From Octopus bimaculoides (lineage: Eukaryota): 64,000 bases of DNA. The translations under genes and the position numbers were made by a program. The stretch is taken from the NCBI RefSeq assembly GCF_001194135.2, contig NC_068982.1, positions 41,189,022 through 41,253,021 of the forward strand, read 5' to 3'. Positions 26,931 through 40,195 of this stretch are shown here, piece by piece (within the stretch, counting starts at the first letter, position 1; each line of letters begins with the position of its first letter). Below the pieces are notes generated by a model. It searched no databases and was not told where the DNA came from. It saw nothing but the letters and a program-made list of their open reading frames with translations.

Positions 26931-27319
26931 CAGATTATCATCATCCAGTCAAGTGGTTTGGTTACTACTATATGTAGAACTACAGAGCAAATGGAGAAAT
27001 TATGATAAACACAAGTGATATAGTCAAGAGCACATTTTGCATCAAAAGCCAATACAAGTTTCTCTCATGGTATCTACTGTAGTATAGTTTGTTCTAACAG
27101 AACATCCATATTTAAAACTATGTTTACATTTACTTTAACACATTTCTGTTTCATGTGCTTTTCCAACTTGACAAGCTTCAACATACCAGCAAATGCTTTG
27201 TTTGCCTTTTTTCTATATAGGAACAGAAGTTTCTGTCTAGCCCCAAATATCTGAGATAGTGTCTATCACTGAGGAGGTGAAATTAAGCTTTAAAAAAACC
27301 ATGTCAGGTAGTCCATTGA

Positions 27320-27603
27320 TGTCACTTGAATGTTGAATTGACCCCAGTACTTTATTTTTGAAGCCTGGTACTTATTCTACTTGTCTCTTTTACCAGATCA
27401 CTAAGTTATGGGGATGTAAACACCCCAACACTGGTTGTCAAGTAAGGGGGGGGGCGGCAAAGACATACACACACACACATACGGGCTTCTTTCAGCTTCG
27501 GTTGGCCCAAGACTATAGAAGACACTTGCCCAAGGTGCCATGCAGCGAGACTGAACTCAGAGCCATGTAGTTGAGAAGCAAGCTTCTTACCACAGAGCCA
27601 TGC
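27320..27603 (-). mobile_element. SINE family A copy
   Basis: Reverse complement of consensus. Confidence 0.8.
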
Positions 27604-27649
27604 TTAGAATAAACATACACATTATTTTGATCCTCACTGCTTCACATGA

Positions 27650-30600
27650 CGATACTGCATGGATAATTCCAGTAAAATGCTTAAGTATTTGACGTCTCAA
27701 CAAGACTGAAATTTTCATTCTACTCATGCACAATATCAAGAAACTTTGTTATTGATAGACACCACTTTCAAGATGGAATTAAGTACATGGGAGATTAATC
27801 TTCTGAAATTGCAAGCTATATGCCACTTATGCTTTTTTAAATCTTGAATCATTCTTATCTAGTCATGGCCAAATGTTTAGAACACAGGTCTGAAAATTAG
27901 AAACTTTTTTTTTTAATATGAAATGCCCAAATATACATTGTCTATATTGGTATCAAATTGGACTTTGAAACTTTTTTTAAAAATTATGTCCAACTCTTTG
28001 TTACAACTATAAAGTAATCCAGATCTGATTGTGAAAGATTCATAGAACTAGTCTTCAATTTCTGTAAAATTAGATGAAATAAAACCTACACATAGCAATT
28101 ACACCATTTTCCCATTCCAGTCAAGCTTTGTAATGAATCATAACCACTCGGCAACACCTACTTCAAGGTTGGTGAATTTGGATACTGTTGCATGCTCTTT
28201 GAAAAAAAAAAAAAAAAGGCTCTACATCCAGACTGTTCAATGTTCAATACATTAGAGAATATCATAGTTCAAAACATGTCAAGTGTAGCAAGAAGAAGAG
28301 CTTCTGGGGCTGTACAATATCAGCCAAAATCTGCTGAATCCATGGGCAAGGATCGGAAGGTGGACATTACAATGAAGATGATAATGACCAACTTATTTTG
28401 AGAGATGAATTGAAAATTTGCATCATTCACATAGGAACAGATAGCAACTAGCCTAATCTACTTCTCACCTGAAAAAAATTTAGCTATTAAAAAATTGTTC
28501 AGCCATAAAGCAATTAGAAAAATTTCAGCCAAGTTTCCAGATTTAAACACACTTTTAAAGATCAATAAAATGACTCAGTTTANNNNNNNNNNNNNNNNNN
28601 NNNNNNNNNNNNNNNNNNNNNNNNNNNNNNNNNNNNNNNNNNNNNNNNNNNNNNNNNNNNNNNNNNNNNNNNNNNNNNNNNNNTTTATGCAATTAGCTTT
28701 AAATTAAATAGTAATTAAAACTTTAAACAGTTGTTTTTATGTAATTATATCAGAGGAAGCAGTTTACAAATTCAGAGACAAAATTTCTGTTCAAAATCCA
28801 AGATAATTTCTCAGATACCAGTTTGGTTCTTTATAATTACAAAATATTTTTTAGATCTTAACTGGTAATATGAAAGAGTGAAATATGAATGTGGGGAGAG
28901 GAAAAAAAAAAAAAAAAAAAAAACTTGAAAAGAAAGGGTATTACAAACTTGTACAAAGCAAGCGGCACAAACTTGCCAGTTACAAAAGAATGAGATATCA
29001 ATAGAAACTGAGAGAAATTATTGTCCGGAGTGGCAATTGATTTATAATTTGAACAACATGATTGAAAGATGGAAATATGATAGGAACTGGGAAAGAAATT
29101 TGAACTGGTAAAAGCGAAGCAACCTGGATAGCATTTTGAAGGAATATTAACTATAGAAAAATAAACATTTTCTGTATTAAAAAAAAAAAATCATAATCTT
29201 AACGTACTAAAGAAGTACATGAAAAACAAATCCAATGTAGCTTACATATTTTAGTAGAATATTGAATATTTTAGTTAATAAGCAAAATCTTATGAAGTCT
29301 TACATACACTTGCAAAGAGAATCTTAAAAACTTTTGCAACTGTTAAAGGTCGATCCATTATGGAAATTGTTACAACTTGTTAAACAAGCTCAACTGAATT
29401 AACACTGAAATACTGAGGACAACTACAAAAGAATTTTCAAAACATTTATATTCTCAAAATAGTTTTGAGAAATGATCTAACTAGTTAGTCATATTCAGAA
29501 AATCTAAATGTAACTTTACATCATCTATCTCTAATCCTTCAAACTAGACTAAGTATTTAAAATTAAGAGTAGATACATCTTTTTGCAAGATGTTACGTGA
29601 AACTAATATAGATGTTAAGTAATGTTTTATGTTCACAGCCATGATACACAAGGTTATCACAGAAAGAAGAGGAGCTCAAGTTCACATTTGATCAAATAAA
29701 ACAGTCTTAGCATTTGGTCTAGATTTTTTTCTTTGATAATTACTAGCATCAGGAAAATATCTCTTTTCAGGAAGAGACAATGAGGTTATAAAAATTAATA
29801 AGGAAGCTGCAAGTAAATCAAATTATTAATAAGGTCATAATACTAGCTTTATAACTACCAGATAGTTTGAAACTACAAGCAATTTAAAAGCATACTTCAC
29901 GTAAAAGAGATCATGTCTGGAAACATTTCAACTTTAGAGTTTTAGCAGAAAAACTTTTCTAAAGGGAATGAAGAATTATTTGATCAAAGAAAAAAACTAA
30001 GAAAAATTTGAAATTAGAACCTGCACATATACAATTAATATCCATTTCCTGCAATTGTGATAAAGCCAAAGTTAGAATTTATTAAATAGCTAATCAACCC
30101 CACTGGTTTCAAAGAACGTAAAATTGAAAAAATGTGACGTTCATGCCTTTCCCAAGAGCACCAGGCCCTGGCCCTGAGAATTTAAACATTCAGTTCAACA
30201 ATTCATTTCCATTCTGTGACAGAGCCTCTTATCTCCCCAGATTGCTGCAATAAATGACAGAGCACAGGAGAGGGGAAGTAACTTAAAAACACCATAAAAC
30301 CTGCCAAATTCATTGTTAACAATGGTACTTTTTTTTAGTTTCACAAAATTAAATGTCCTATTAGATCTGCCATCTCAAATTACACCTGCCTTTCTTTATC
30401 AAACCAATTATATATTTTTGTTTCTGCTAATCTCTGTATCCTTCATTTTTCATACTCAATGTAAAAAGAAAACAAAAAAGAGAAATCCACTAAGTTTTTA
30501 AAATAAATTCTATTGAGTTTTGTAGTTAACTGGGAGTAAATTTTAACAAACAAATGCAAACATGAAAGAACACAAAAAAAAAAAAAAGACTGATCACAAC

Positions 30601-31025
30601 TTCATATAAATCACCATAAAAAGAAATCTAAGAATGAAACAGTTGACATGACCAAAACCACAAGGTTAAAAAAAAAACATGTAAACAAAACTTCTTAATC
30701 CACTACACATGGATTATTTTATACATATTTCAAATATTAAGGCTGATAAAAGAGAACTTTTATCTCTTGAACACACACCCAGACAGTAACCATTTTAAAT
30801 ACAAATAACAAGGTAATTTACAAATTTTCTAATTTCCAAATCATAATTATATGCTAATTAAAAACAAAATGACAATTTTNNNNNNNNNNNNNNNNNNNNN
30901 NNNNNNNNNNNNNNNNNNNNNNNNNNNNNNNNNNNATACTAGTCTCCTCAAAAGAAGAAGAAAAAAAAAAAGCTGGCTTTTCCATTGCTTTACTAATTAT
31001 AAATTTTTCTTAAACCCTAATGTTG
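27650..31025 (-). other. Putative long 3' UTR of the PGC-1 gene (end not resolved)
   Basis: ~3 kb unique AT-rich, SINE-free stretch after the stop; two small gaps; poly(A) site not identifiable. Confidence 0.4.
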
Positions 31026-31129
31026 TCAATGTTTCCTGTCACGTTTCCATTCTTTTAAAAGTTGCTCAAACGACACATTAGATGTTTTGATTACTGTTCC
31101 AAACTCCTCTTCATCTTCCACCAAACCAT
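31026..31129 (-). CDS. PPRC1: PGC-1 terminal coding exon (GLVEDEEEFGTVIKTSNVSFEQLLKEWKRDRKH*)
   Basis: Poly-T cccag acceptor; resembles PGC-1 C-terminal FDSLLKEA; TGA at 31028-31026. Confidence 0.93.
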
Positions 31130-31456
31130 CTGGGAAAAAAAAAAAAAAAAGTAAAAAATGTCTACTATTGCTTGCATATTTAAAAAATTTCACTTAAACG
31201 CAATAGATATTAGCAATTATATCATGGAAGAACTAGCATTTCCTTAACTTGACAAAAATCTTGTTACATTTCTATGACCTGCTTAATGTCGAAGATGCAA
31301 GTAAATTGGTGTTAATAACCACACAGTCCCACTGTGAGCAGCTTAGACAAGTGTCCTTTACCATAGCTCTGGGCTAATGAATACTTTTTATACATACACA
31401 CAGGGTATCAAAAAAAAAAAAAAATTAACATTATTTGAAACGTGAATATCTGAGTA

Positions 31457-31700
31457 CAGTAATCCCTTGACTATCACAGGCATTACATTTCAAAATACCA
31501 TGATAGGTGAAAATCCACAAAGTAGAAACAGTACTGTACATTTTTCTAAAATTTTTTTAATAATTTGTATATATTTATTTTATTATAAATGCAAAACAAC
31601 ACCACGCAGGAATCAATGTAAGCTTAAATAACAAACAACGATATGGCAAGGGATTACAGTAACTACATGTGGCAAACGAAATTAAATGGGCTTCATGTTG
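31457..31700. mobile_element. Tigger/pogo-like terminal fragment
   Basis: TA followed by cagtaatcccttgactatcacagg, a pogo/Tigger-type TIR start. Confidence 0.45.
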
Positions 31701-31764
31701 AACAATAAAAGATTTATCAAAATTCAAACAAGAGATTCAGAGGGATGTAGATTTTTATAACTGA

Positions 31765-31990
31765 GTTCAAAAATGTTCAATATGCACAGGGCCTGTGACA
31801 TGACACATGTCAAGTCAGTCGCCCAGCTTCTGCGCAACATGCTGTAGCAGATCTTGCATAACATTCTCCAACACCTCAACGATTCTCTACTTGAGTTTCT
31901 CTAGTCCTTTCACATAGCCTCATAGAAAAAAATCACAAGATGTCAAGTTAGGTGAACGTGGTGGCCATTTCAATAGCGCATTGTCATCAC
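31765..31990 (-). mobile_element. Tc1/mariner transposase C-terminal fragment
   Basis: WPPRSPNLTSCDFFL.GYVK motif. Confidence 0.78.
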
Positions 31991-32599
31991 TGGCATGCCC
32001 AATTTGGCAGAAAGACACTTGCACCAGGTGGTATGCAGCGGGACTGAACTTAAAACTAAAATCTCTCTCAAACTACAGACTGCTTTCTAATGTCTGTAGT
32101 GAAATAAAAGTTGAAGAAAAAAATTTATGGAAAATCACTCGTGCCAGTGTCACATAAAAAAAATTTTTAAAAAATATAAAGAAAACACACACACACCAAC
32201 ACTGACACAGTTCATCAAAGCTAATAAACTGTCCAACCCACACCAGAATGAAAAACAGATATTAAATGATGATAGTATGGGAAACACCATATTGAAAATA
32301 TAACAATTTTCCTTCTTTAGTTTCACATATTCCTATTTTATTCATGCATTTTTTGATTTGTTTTATTTCACTAATTATTGTTTGCAGTACTGGAAAGTGC
32401 TTGTTGGTAAATATTTGTAAAATATGCTATAAATAAAAATGTGAACAGTTGACAGTTTATTCTGCCAATCAGGCTTATGGGATTGCAAGGAGAAATAAAA
32501 CTATAGCTTAACTTATACCTCAGCCTAAACATAAACTAGTATAAACAACAGCAACAAGAATCAGCTTCTGCAATATATAACAATTTATATTCACATGAT

Positions 32600-33075
32600 C
32601 ATCATCACTTAATGTCTGTTTTCCATGCAGTCATGGGTTGGATGGTTTGACAGGAGCCAACCAGCTGAAGGGCTGCTCAGACATGGTTTCTATGGCTGGA
32701 TGCCCTTCCTAATGCCGATCACTTTACAGAATGTACTAGGTGTTTTACATGGCATCAGCACCAACGAGCCCATGAGATTAGGGATGCTCAGCTGGAGAGG
32801 GTTGCAAGGGATGAGCCTGTATGCAAGGACAACCAAACTTTACTTAGTTTGACATGTCTTTTCAAGCACAGCAAACTGCCACAAGTCTTGGTTCCCTGCC
32901 AACCAGTCTGTGAATCCCAACATCTGTAGATCTTTACTCATCATTCATCCCACAACTTCCTTGCTCTACCCCTTCCACATGTTTCCTCTACAATTAGAGA
33001 TCGGTACTTCTTGATGGAGCCGTCTTTGTTCATAAGCATTACATGTTCACACCAGAAGTCTTTTCTCTTGCGGAC
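32600..33075 (-). mobile_element. RTE LINE 3' end with (GAT)n tail
   Basis: Similar to the 24062-24500 end of the larger LINE; RLRWFGHV-like remnant. Confidence 0.7.
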
Positions 33076-33346
33076 ACATTCTTTTAGGTCCTCATTTTTT
33101 TTCTATTCACATTTCACTAAAAAATACTACCACACACTACTATTTTGTACAGAGTAAGCAGATTTACAATACCTGATAAAAAAAAGTTGCTCATTTAGAG
33201 ATATTATGTTGACCAAAAGCACACCCAAGTTTCATATTATTGCTCTATTTCACATTGTCAGATTTTTAATTCTAATATCCCTATTATAGGAATAAAAATG
33301 GAAGCAAAACCAGTGAAAATAATAACAAAAATAATTAGATGTTTAC

Positions 33347-33430
33347 CAAGATCAGCATAAGATTCTTGACAAAATGTTCTCCGTCCACCAAAACAAACAT
33401 CAAATGGAAAATCTTTTATTTTACTAGTTG
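33347..33430 (-). CDS. PPRC1: PGC-1 RRM exon 3 (TSKIKDFPFDVCFGGRRTFCQESYADL)
   Basis: FDxCFGGRRxFC..xYADLD family signature; tttttag acceptor, gtaaac donor. Confidence 0.95.
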
Positions 33431-34052
33431 CTAAAAAAATAAATAAAAGAAGTAATTAATATAATTCTTAATGGAAAACAATTGAATAAAAGAGCAAGAT
33501 AAAGCAATATAGAAGCAGATGTGTTAGAAACTAATGCTCATTTAGTTAAGAAATTTGTTTCACAGCATCGTGTTCACCACACCTATCCTACTGCACATCA
33601 TAAACAGGTTGATTAATAGTTCTATGAGTGGAATTTGGTAAGTGGAATTTGGTAAAAAAGAAACTGCGCAGAATCTTGTCATTTGTGTGTTTTAGTTTGT
33701 TTGATGTCCATTCCCCCATGCTAGCATTAATTGGAGAATTGTTTAACAACTGAATACCTTTCTTGTCATTAACCCTTAGGCGTTTCTTCAAGTAAGGGAT
33801 CTATTCCACTTACAGAGTTATAGGACAATTTGTTCACTAATTTTTATCACATGAGCATGTACACACACAAAGAGGGTATGTGCGTGTATAAATACAGATA
33901 GTAAGAAGTTTGCTCCCTAACTACATGGTTTCAAGTTCAGTCCCACAGCATGACATCTTGTGCATGTGTGTTCTATAGCCCTGAACCAACCAAGCCTTTA
34001 CAGTAGATTTAGTAGGCAGAAACTGAAAGAAACCTGTGTTTGTGTTTATGTT

Positions 34053-34130
<78 letters not shown>

Positions 34131-34379
34131 GAACCATGCTAATAGGTTAGGAGTAAAATTAAAAATTTCTCAGTTTTCTGTGAATCAATTTTCATAAAAC
34201 TTATCCCAGCTGGTTTGCACACGGTGGCAACACCATTGTTGTGCTTTCTTTTTTATTTCCAACTCTTCAGTTTTGGGGCGAACCACACTTAATAGCTTTT
34301 GAATGAAAATACCCCATCTGGACATTTTCTTTTCAGAAAGTGAAGGGTAATGATACATATTGAGCATACATTGAGTATA

Positions 34380-35130
34380 TATCTAACAGAAAACCATAAT
34401 ATTATAACATTTATTGGCATAATGAATTATTTAGCACATGAGCACCAAAGAAGCAATGATCCGATTGTGGGACCTCCAAGACTTTGACAGCTAGGAATTT
34501 AAGGAATATTGGCTGCAAGTTACATGGGAAACCTGGACTAACAAGCAAAGTCATTTTCACCATCTCTGGACTTCATCACTGAAAACCACCAGAAATTGCA
34601 TACTTGGGATCCATGCAAGAACCCCTGAAATTGCCTCCTCACAAGAGTTTTAAGCTTCAATGGGCCCAAAAGTACATGACATTAGACATGAATTGTGTCC
34701 TGTTCACTGACGAAACCAGAGTGACCCTTGATGAACCTGACAGTTAGGCAAATAGGTCTATTTTGGAGATGAGCTTCACCAACGTTTACAACGTCAACAG
34801 GGTGGAGTCATGTTGTGGGCCGGTATCATTGGGGACAGACTTGTTGGTCCCGTCAGGGTGCCTAGAGAGTAAAGTGACTGCAGCTGCCCACTGCAATCTC
34901 CCGAATGAGGTCTTGGATCCCTGGCTAGATGACATACTGCTGTCACTTGAAAAAATCTTGTATTCATGCACGACAATGCTTCCTCCCACTCTGTTAGGAC
35001 CACTCAAATGAGTGACCATCAAAGCTGCAGCAGAGGCAGTCCAACCTGCTATTATTAAGAAATTGAGAGATTCCATAACTAATAGGGTTTCTGAAGTTAT
35101 CCATCCAAATGGTGCTCACATGGTTAAATA
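34380..35130 (+). mobile_element. Tc1-like transposase remnant
   Basis: WAQKYM..VLFTDETRVTLD, QQGG.VMLWAGI, FMHDNA motifs in broken frames. Confidence 0.82.
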
Positions 35131-35164
35131 ATTCACTATGTCATTAAATGTTACACTATTCTTT

Positions 35165-35375
35165 TCTACTATAGGCACAAGACCCAAAATTTTTGGAGAG
35201 AGGGCCAGTGGATTAGATCGACCCAGTATGCAACTGGTACTTAATTTATCAACCCCAAAAGGGTGAAAGGCAAAGCCTACTGCAACAGAATTTGAACTCA
35301 GAACATGAAGACAAATGAAATGATGGTAAGCATTCTGTCCAGTGTGCTAACAATTCAGTCAGCTTGCTGCCTTAC
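35165..35375 (-). mobile_element. tRNA-derived SINE family F (representative copy)
   Basis: gcacaagacc..aaatttt ... gaatttgaactcagaac ... ; also ~3925-4140, 10110-10300, 23770-24050(+), 41625-41715. Confidence 0.75.
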
Positions 35376-35716
35376 ATGATTTCAATAGCAGTCCACCCTG
35401 CTGGGTGGCTGGTGTTAGGAAGGACATCCAGTTGTAAAAAGCGTACCAAAACAGACACAGAAGTCGGATGCAGGCTCCTGTCAAATCGACCAGCCCATGT
35501 CAGCATGGAAGGCAGATGTTAACTGATGATGATATTGGAATCGTATTTAACTCTTGATAACAATCAGTCTGAGACTACTCCTAGATCTATGAATTAAGCC
35601 ACCTGTTTAAAGTAATCGGAATTAAAACTTTTGCATTATTTTTCAAAACCAACTGAAAAAAGTGGTGTAACTTTGACAGAAATATTGTAATGAAAGGGTT
35701 AAAATTTAATACATAC

Positions 35717-35775
35717 CATCCATACTAAGGTAGGCATCACTTTGGTGATAAAATGTAACAAATCCATAATTATCG
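35717..35775 (-). CDS. PPRC1: PGC-1 RRM exon 2 (DNYGFVTFYHQSDAYLSMD)
   Basis: RNP1-like DNYGFVTF; tttttacag acceptor, gtatgt donor. Confidence 0.95.
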
Positions 35776-35830
35776 CTGTAAAAAGAAACAAGATATATAA
35801 TTTAATGTAACACTTTAATTATAATGGTGA

Positions 35831-35921
<91 letters not shown>
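35831..35921. repeat. Compound (GT)n(AT)n microsatellite (representative; similar arrays at ~2340, 3471, 5206, 8140, 21130-21450, 34057, 49034, 54305, 60997)
   Basis: Direct reading; several abut assembly gaps. Confidence 0.95.
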
Positions 35922-35923
<2 letters not shown>

Positions 35924-37023
35924 AGTGGTTGGTGTTAGGAAGGGCATCCAGCTGTAGAAACTCTGCCAAATTAGATTGGATGGTGTTGCCAGCCGGTTTC
36001 ACCAGTCCGCAATCAAAACGTCCAACCCATGCTAGCATGGAAAGCGGACGTTAAACGATGATGATGATGATGATACACACACACACCTTTATAAATACAC
36101 ATACATATAAATATGTACAAAGAGCTTTTACATAAAATTAATTTTTTTAAATTTCACTTATATTCTAAAACTAAATTGAATTTTGTATCTCTGAATTCAT
36201 ATAAACTCCATATAATCGCATTTTATAATCAAAATATTAAAATTATTTTCAAGTCAACCAGAATGGGTTTTTAGACCGTTCTGATATATGTACTTTCTCC
36301 TATAAAATTGAAAAATGTCACCACCTGGAATTCTTACACACACACACACACACACGTGTGTGTGTGTGTGTGTGTGTGTAAGCTACCAAAAGGATTGGCA
36401 ACAGAAAGGGCATCATCATCACCCTTTTCCCATGCTGGTATGAGTTGGATGGTCTGGCAGAATTTGTCAAGCTCCAGAGACATGTCAAATTCCAATGTCA
36501 GATTTACCAGGGTTTCTATGGCTGGATGCACTTGCAAACACATCCAGCTGTAAAATAAACCCCATAGAAAACAATGAGAATGGAGAACAACCACTACCGA
36601 ATTTTAAACCAGCCATGTCAGCTTATCCTACCCATTTTATGTTCAAACTGGCCAGATCTGGCCTTTCACACCAATTCTAATAATAAACAATCATATCACT
36701 GAAATCTTGAGGCTACAAGGATTAATTCAAAACAATGTGAATAAACAAGCATTACAGTGGACAGAGTAATCTGAATGCTAAAGGCTTAAATTTTCTTTTC
36801 AATAACATTATAGTGCCTTCCTGACTATTGCCTACCTAACTGGATTAAAAAAAAAAAAAAAAGACAGCTTTCATTTAACAAATGACTTGTGAAGAACCAG
36901 TTAACCATTATACAGTTCAAGAAATGGCTCTGCAATTTATGCAACAGTCAAATTTTTAGAACTATTTACCACATGCTATTTTAATGAGAAACAAGCACAG
37001 AATAGAACTAAAAATGTACTTAC

Positions 37024-37145
37024 TGATGCTCTCTGAAATGTAAGCTGACTTTTTCTACCGGGCCCCATTTACTAAATAACTCCTTTAGTTGATTAGAGGT
37101 GTAATTAAGAGGTAATTTGCCAACATAGACAATACGGCGCTCTTC
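37024..37145 (-). CDS. PPRC1: PGC-1 RRM exon 1 (EERRIVYVGKLPLNYTSNQLKELFSKWGPVEKVSLHFREH)
   Basis: RNP2-containing EERRxxYVGK; ttgcag acceptor, gtaagt donor. Confidence 0.95.
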
Positions 37146-38424
37146 CTGCAACAATGAATTAAAAATTATTTGATGGAGACCAGTAATAACATGTCAACAA
37201 AAAACAAAATCATGTGGGTTTGGAAATTATTTGGACTAACTGGAAATGTAATGCAACACCATGTCAGAGACATGCAAAACACTCCAGTTTACCAAACCAA
37301 TAAAAGTTCCATTCCTACTTCATAGTTGAACAAGATTCATTTCACCCATGCCACACACGAACAACCTCATTGAGATGTAGGCCACATGGGACATGGGTCA
37401 TAATCCACATTTAACATTTGTTTCCCATGCTATCATGGGTTAGATGGTTTTACCAGAGTCGGTAAGCTGGAGAGCTGCACCAGGCTCCAGTCATCTGTTT
37501 TGGCATGGTTTCCATGGATGGATACCCTTTCTACCACCAAGTACTTTACAAAGCGTACTGGGCGTCTAAGGTAATTTTTTGTTAGGCATGCTATTCAGAA
37601 AATCTCGTGGGCCACAATTTGCCCACAATTTATCTATGCTAATAAAAAGAAATAAATTAAATAATAAAAAAATATAGTTTAATGCAAGTCACGAAGAGGT
37701 GATACAACCCATTTTCTTTGAGATAAAAACTTAAGTAAACAAAGTAGTGCTTATATCATTATCACCATTGTTCTTACATCCACTTTTCTATACTTGCATA
37801 GATGAGATGGAATTTGAGGCAGGTTTGCTACAGCTAGATACCCTTCCAATTGCCACTAACCTTCACCTGGTTCTCAACAAAGTAATATTCTCCCTGGCCT
37901 GACAGGTTTTTCATGGAAGACTAGTAACAAACAACACTGCTTGTATGACAATGAAGCATATTTACAATCACCACATGATGTCAAGACAAGAGTAGACACA
38001 TATACACACACACACATCATATATGTGATGGATTTCTTTCAACATGTATCTACCAAATTCTCTCAAAAGTTTGGTCAACCTGGGGCTACAGTATAAGACA
38101 CTCGGCCAAGGTGCTGTGCAGTGGGACTGAACCACATAGTTGGGAAGGAACCAAGCTTCTTAACCACACAGCCATGTACACACTATATGGGCTACATATA
38201 AACTGAGCAACGCATCACCATTATCATTACACCTAGGACTGTTTGTTTTATCCTCCCAATCAATAAATTTAACTTTACCAGAAACAGCTTCATGAAATTC
38301 CACTATCTAAGCTCAATGCACATAGAACAATTTTAAACAGAAAAATCTTGAAGCAAGCTAAGCAACAATTATAATTTTAAATAACTGATAAATTCTAAAT
38401 AACTAAAAGGAATTCTGCTATTAC

Positions 38425-38470
38425 CTGATGTGTGTCTTTGTCATGGTACTTTGTCAGAGAGCTTCGCCGT
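38425..38470 (-). CDS. PPRC1: PGC-1 exon (RRSSLTKYHDKDTHQ)
   Basis: Poly-T catgacag acceptor, gtaata donor; phase 2->0. Confidence 0.88.
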
Positions 38471-39406
38471 CTGTCATGAAAAAAAAAAGAAAAAGTATGA
38501 AATACATTACAAAAGGAAGAGATAAATCAGCAGTGAAAATTATATATCTATATTATATACAGGAAAAACTTTAATCTAGTACAGTGTTTCCAAATCTTTT
38601 TCACTGAAAAACCAAACTAAAACACTTTTACAAATATGTAATGTGAACCTTTATAAAAATACATTATATGATTGAGACGGGGGGNNNNNNNNNNNNNNNN
38701 NNNNNNNNNNNNNNNNNNNNNNNNNNNNNNNNNNGGGGTAACATTATCCAATTATGGTGGTTCAAACTTGCAACTCACAGAATAACCTGCTAAAGTTTTG
38801 CTCAAATGATTTAATTTTACTCAGAAAATCTGCTAAATACATTCTCTGCACGTGTTTACAAAATACTGACCACGAAACACAGTGGATTGTGAATAAAGCA
38901 TTTCCTTTTTGCTGCCAACTTGTTTGAAGGGCATTTTTGCAAATCGAGACCTGTGTAAAATTTGCTTAAAACAGAGTATGACCCCCACCCCCAATCTAAT
39001 TTTGTCTGAGCTGCTCAGATTGTTTACACAAGAAACAATTATTGAAAATCAAATTATATGACACAGCTCAAATGTCAACTTCAGCATCTATGTTTATGGG
39101 TAAACACTATCATAACAAACAGAGATTATCAGCTTTCAACTAAAAGAGGTGTATCATAAGACCCCTGGACTTGTTAGTTGACAACAATGATTCAATCAAC
39201 TTTCAATGCTACTGTAATATAATTTTGTTCACTGTCCCACTTCATGGTTATTAATGTTCCACAATTTTGCACACGCCATTCTTCTTGCATTTAATACTCA
39301 CTCACTCAATACAGATCCTACTAAGAACCACTGAACTAGGCAAATACATGCACAAAAAGCAAAAATGAAGAATCTTAAATCTTATCAAATAATTACTGAC
39401 AGAGAA

Positions 39407-39584
39407 TTAACCCATTCGTTACCATATTTTTAAAATTAAAAAAATTATTAATATAACTGATATTTCTCAGCTGGGGTTTGGAATATAAATTAACATGAAA
39501 TTTTAATTTAGATCACTTTAAAATGGGAAGTATGTATCATAGTATCAAGGGCAGTTTCAGGTGGGTTGGTATCTAAAGGGTTAA
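39407..39584. mobile_element. Second piggyBac-like MITE family (~178 bp)
   Basis: TTAAcccattcgttacca ... tggtatctaaagggTTAA inverted ends. Confidence 0.7.
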
Positions 39585-39706
39585 TAGAAAAGAAAATATA
39601 GTCTGACAAGAGAAATGGTTCCTTTATAAAAATGTCCATAAAAGAAGCACCATTTCCATTGTCGATTGACGGAGAAGATTGAGATGACTGCAACGACAGT
39701 ACATAC

Positions 39707-39967
39707 CTAGATCTGTGATGATTAGAATATCTGTAAGGAGAACGAATACGAGAATAATTTCGATTATGTCTTGAAACTTTCTGTAATGAATATCTACTTC
39801 GATGCCGCGAGAATGGTGATGGGGATCGATCCCGTGATGATGTGTAATCACTGTAGGGGGAAAACTGACCACTTCTAGAATCACTACTAGGAGACGTTGA
39901 CCTTGAACTTGACTGTGACCAGCTTGGAAATTCTTCAGTTGGAGAATCAGAAGGTGATGGTGAACTG
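39707..39967 (-). CDS. PPRC1: PGC-1 Ser/Arg-rich (RS) domain exon (SSPSPSDSP...SRDRSPSPFSRHRSRYS...RIRSPYRYSNHHRS)
   Basis: ttttcag(cag) acceptor, gtatgt donor; phase 2->2; frame differs from the ORF-track translation. Confidence 0.92.
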
Positions 39968-40195
39968 CTGAAAATTGAGAAAAAGGAGTTTGATCATTGA
40001 TAGCAACAATAGACAAAACTAAATGATGAGGTGATGACAGCGTTAGCAGAGGAAGATATAATTCATCTGCAACAAGACAGAACAAAAGAATATCAGAATA
40101 TCATCTGAGTCAGTAAAACCATCTAACATTATAATATGAATCCACAACTCAAACCTATATGCTATTGCTATACTGAATTGAGACACTTTCATTTA

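Noticed and set aside
20090-27650. Overlapping antisense 3' UTRs or a hidden gene between the two convergent genes
   Set aside because: The likely UTR ends are ~7 kb apart, the interval is mostly SINE/LINE/MITE, and short ORFs (e.g. 20094-20378, 23505-23771) show no recognisable homology or exon chain
39898-39906. Perfect ERR element TCAAGGTCA (minus strand)
   Set aside because: Lies in coding sequence and is explained by Ser-Arg-Ser codons
39624-40085. 153-aa minus-strand ORF as a coding exon
   Set aside because: Wrong frame; the spliced, phase-compatible frame (39967-39707) encodes the RS domain
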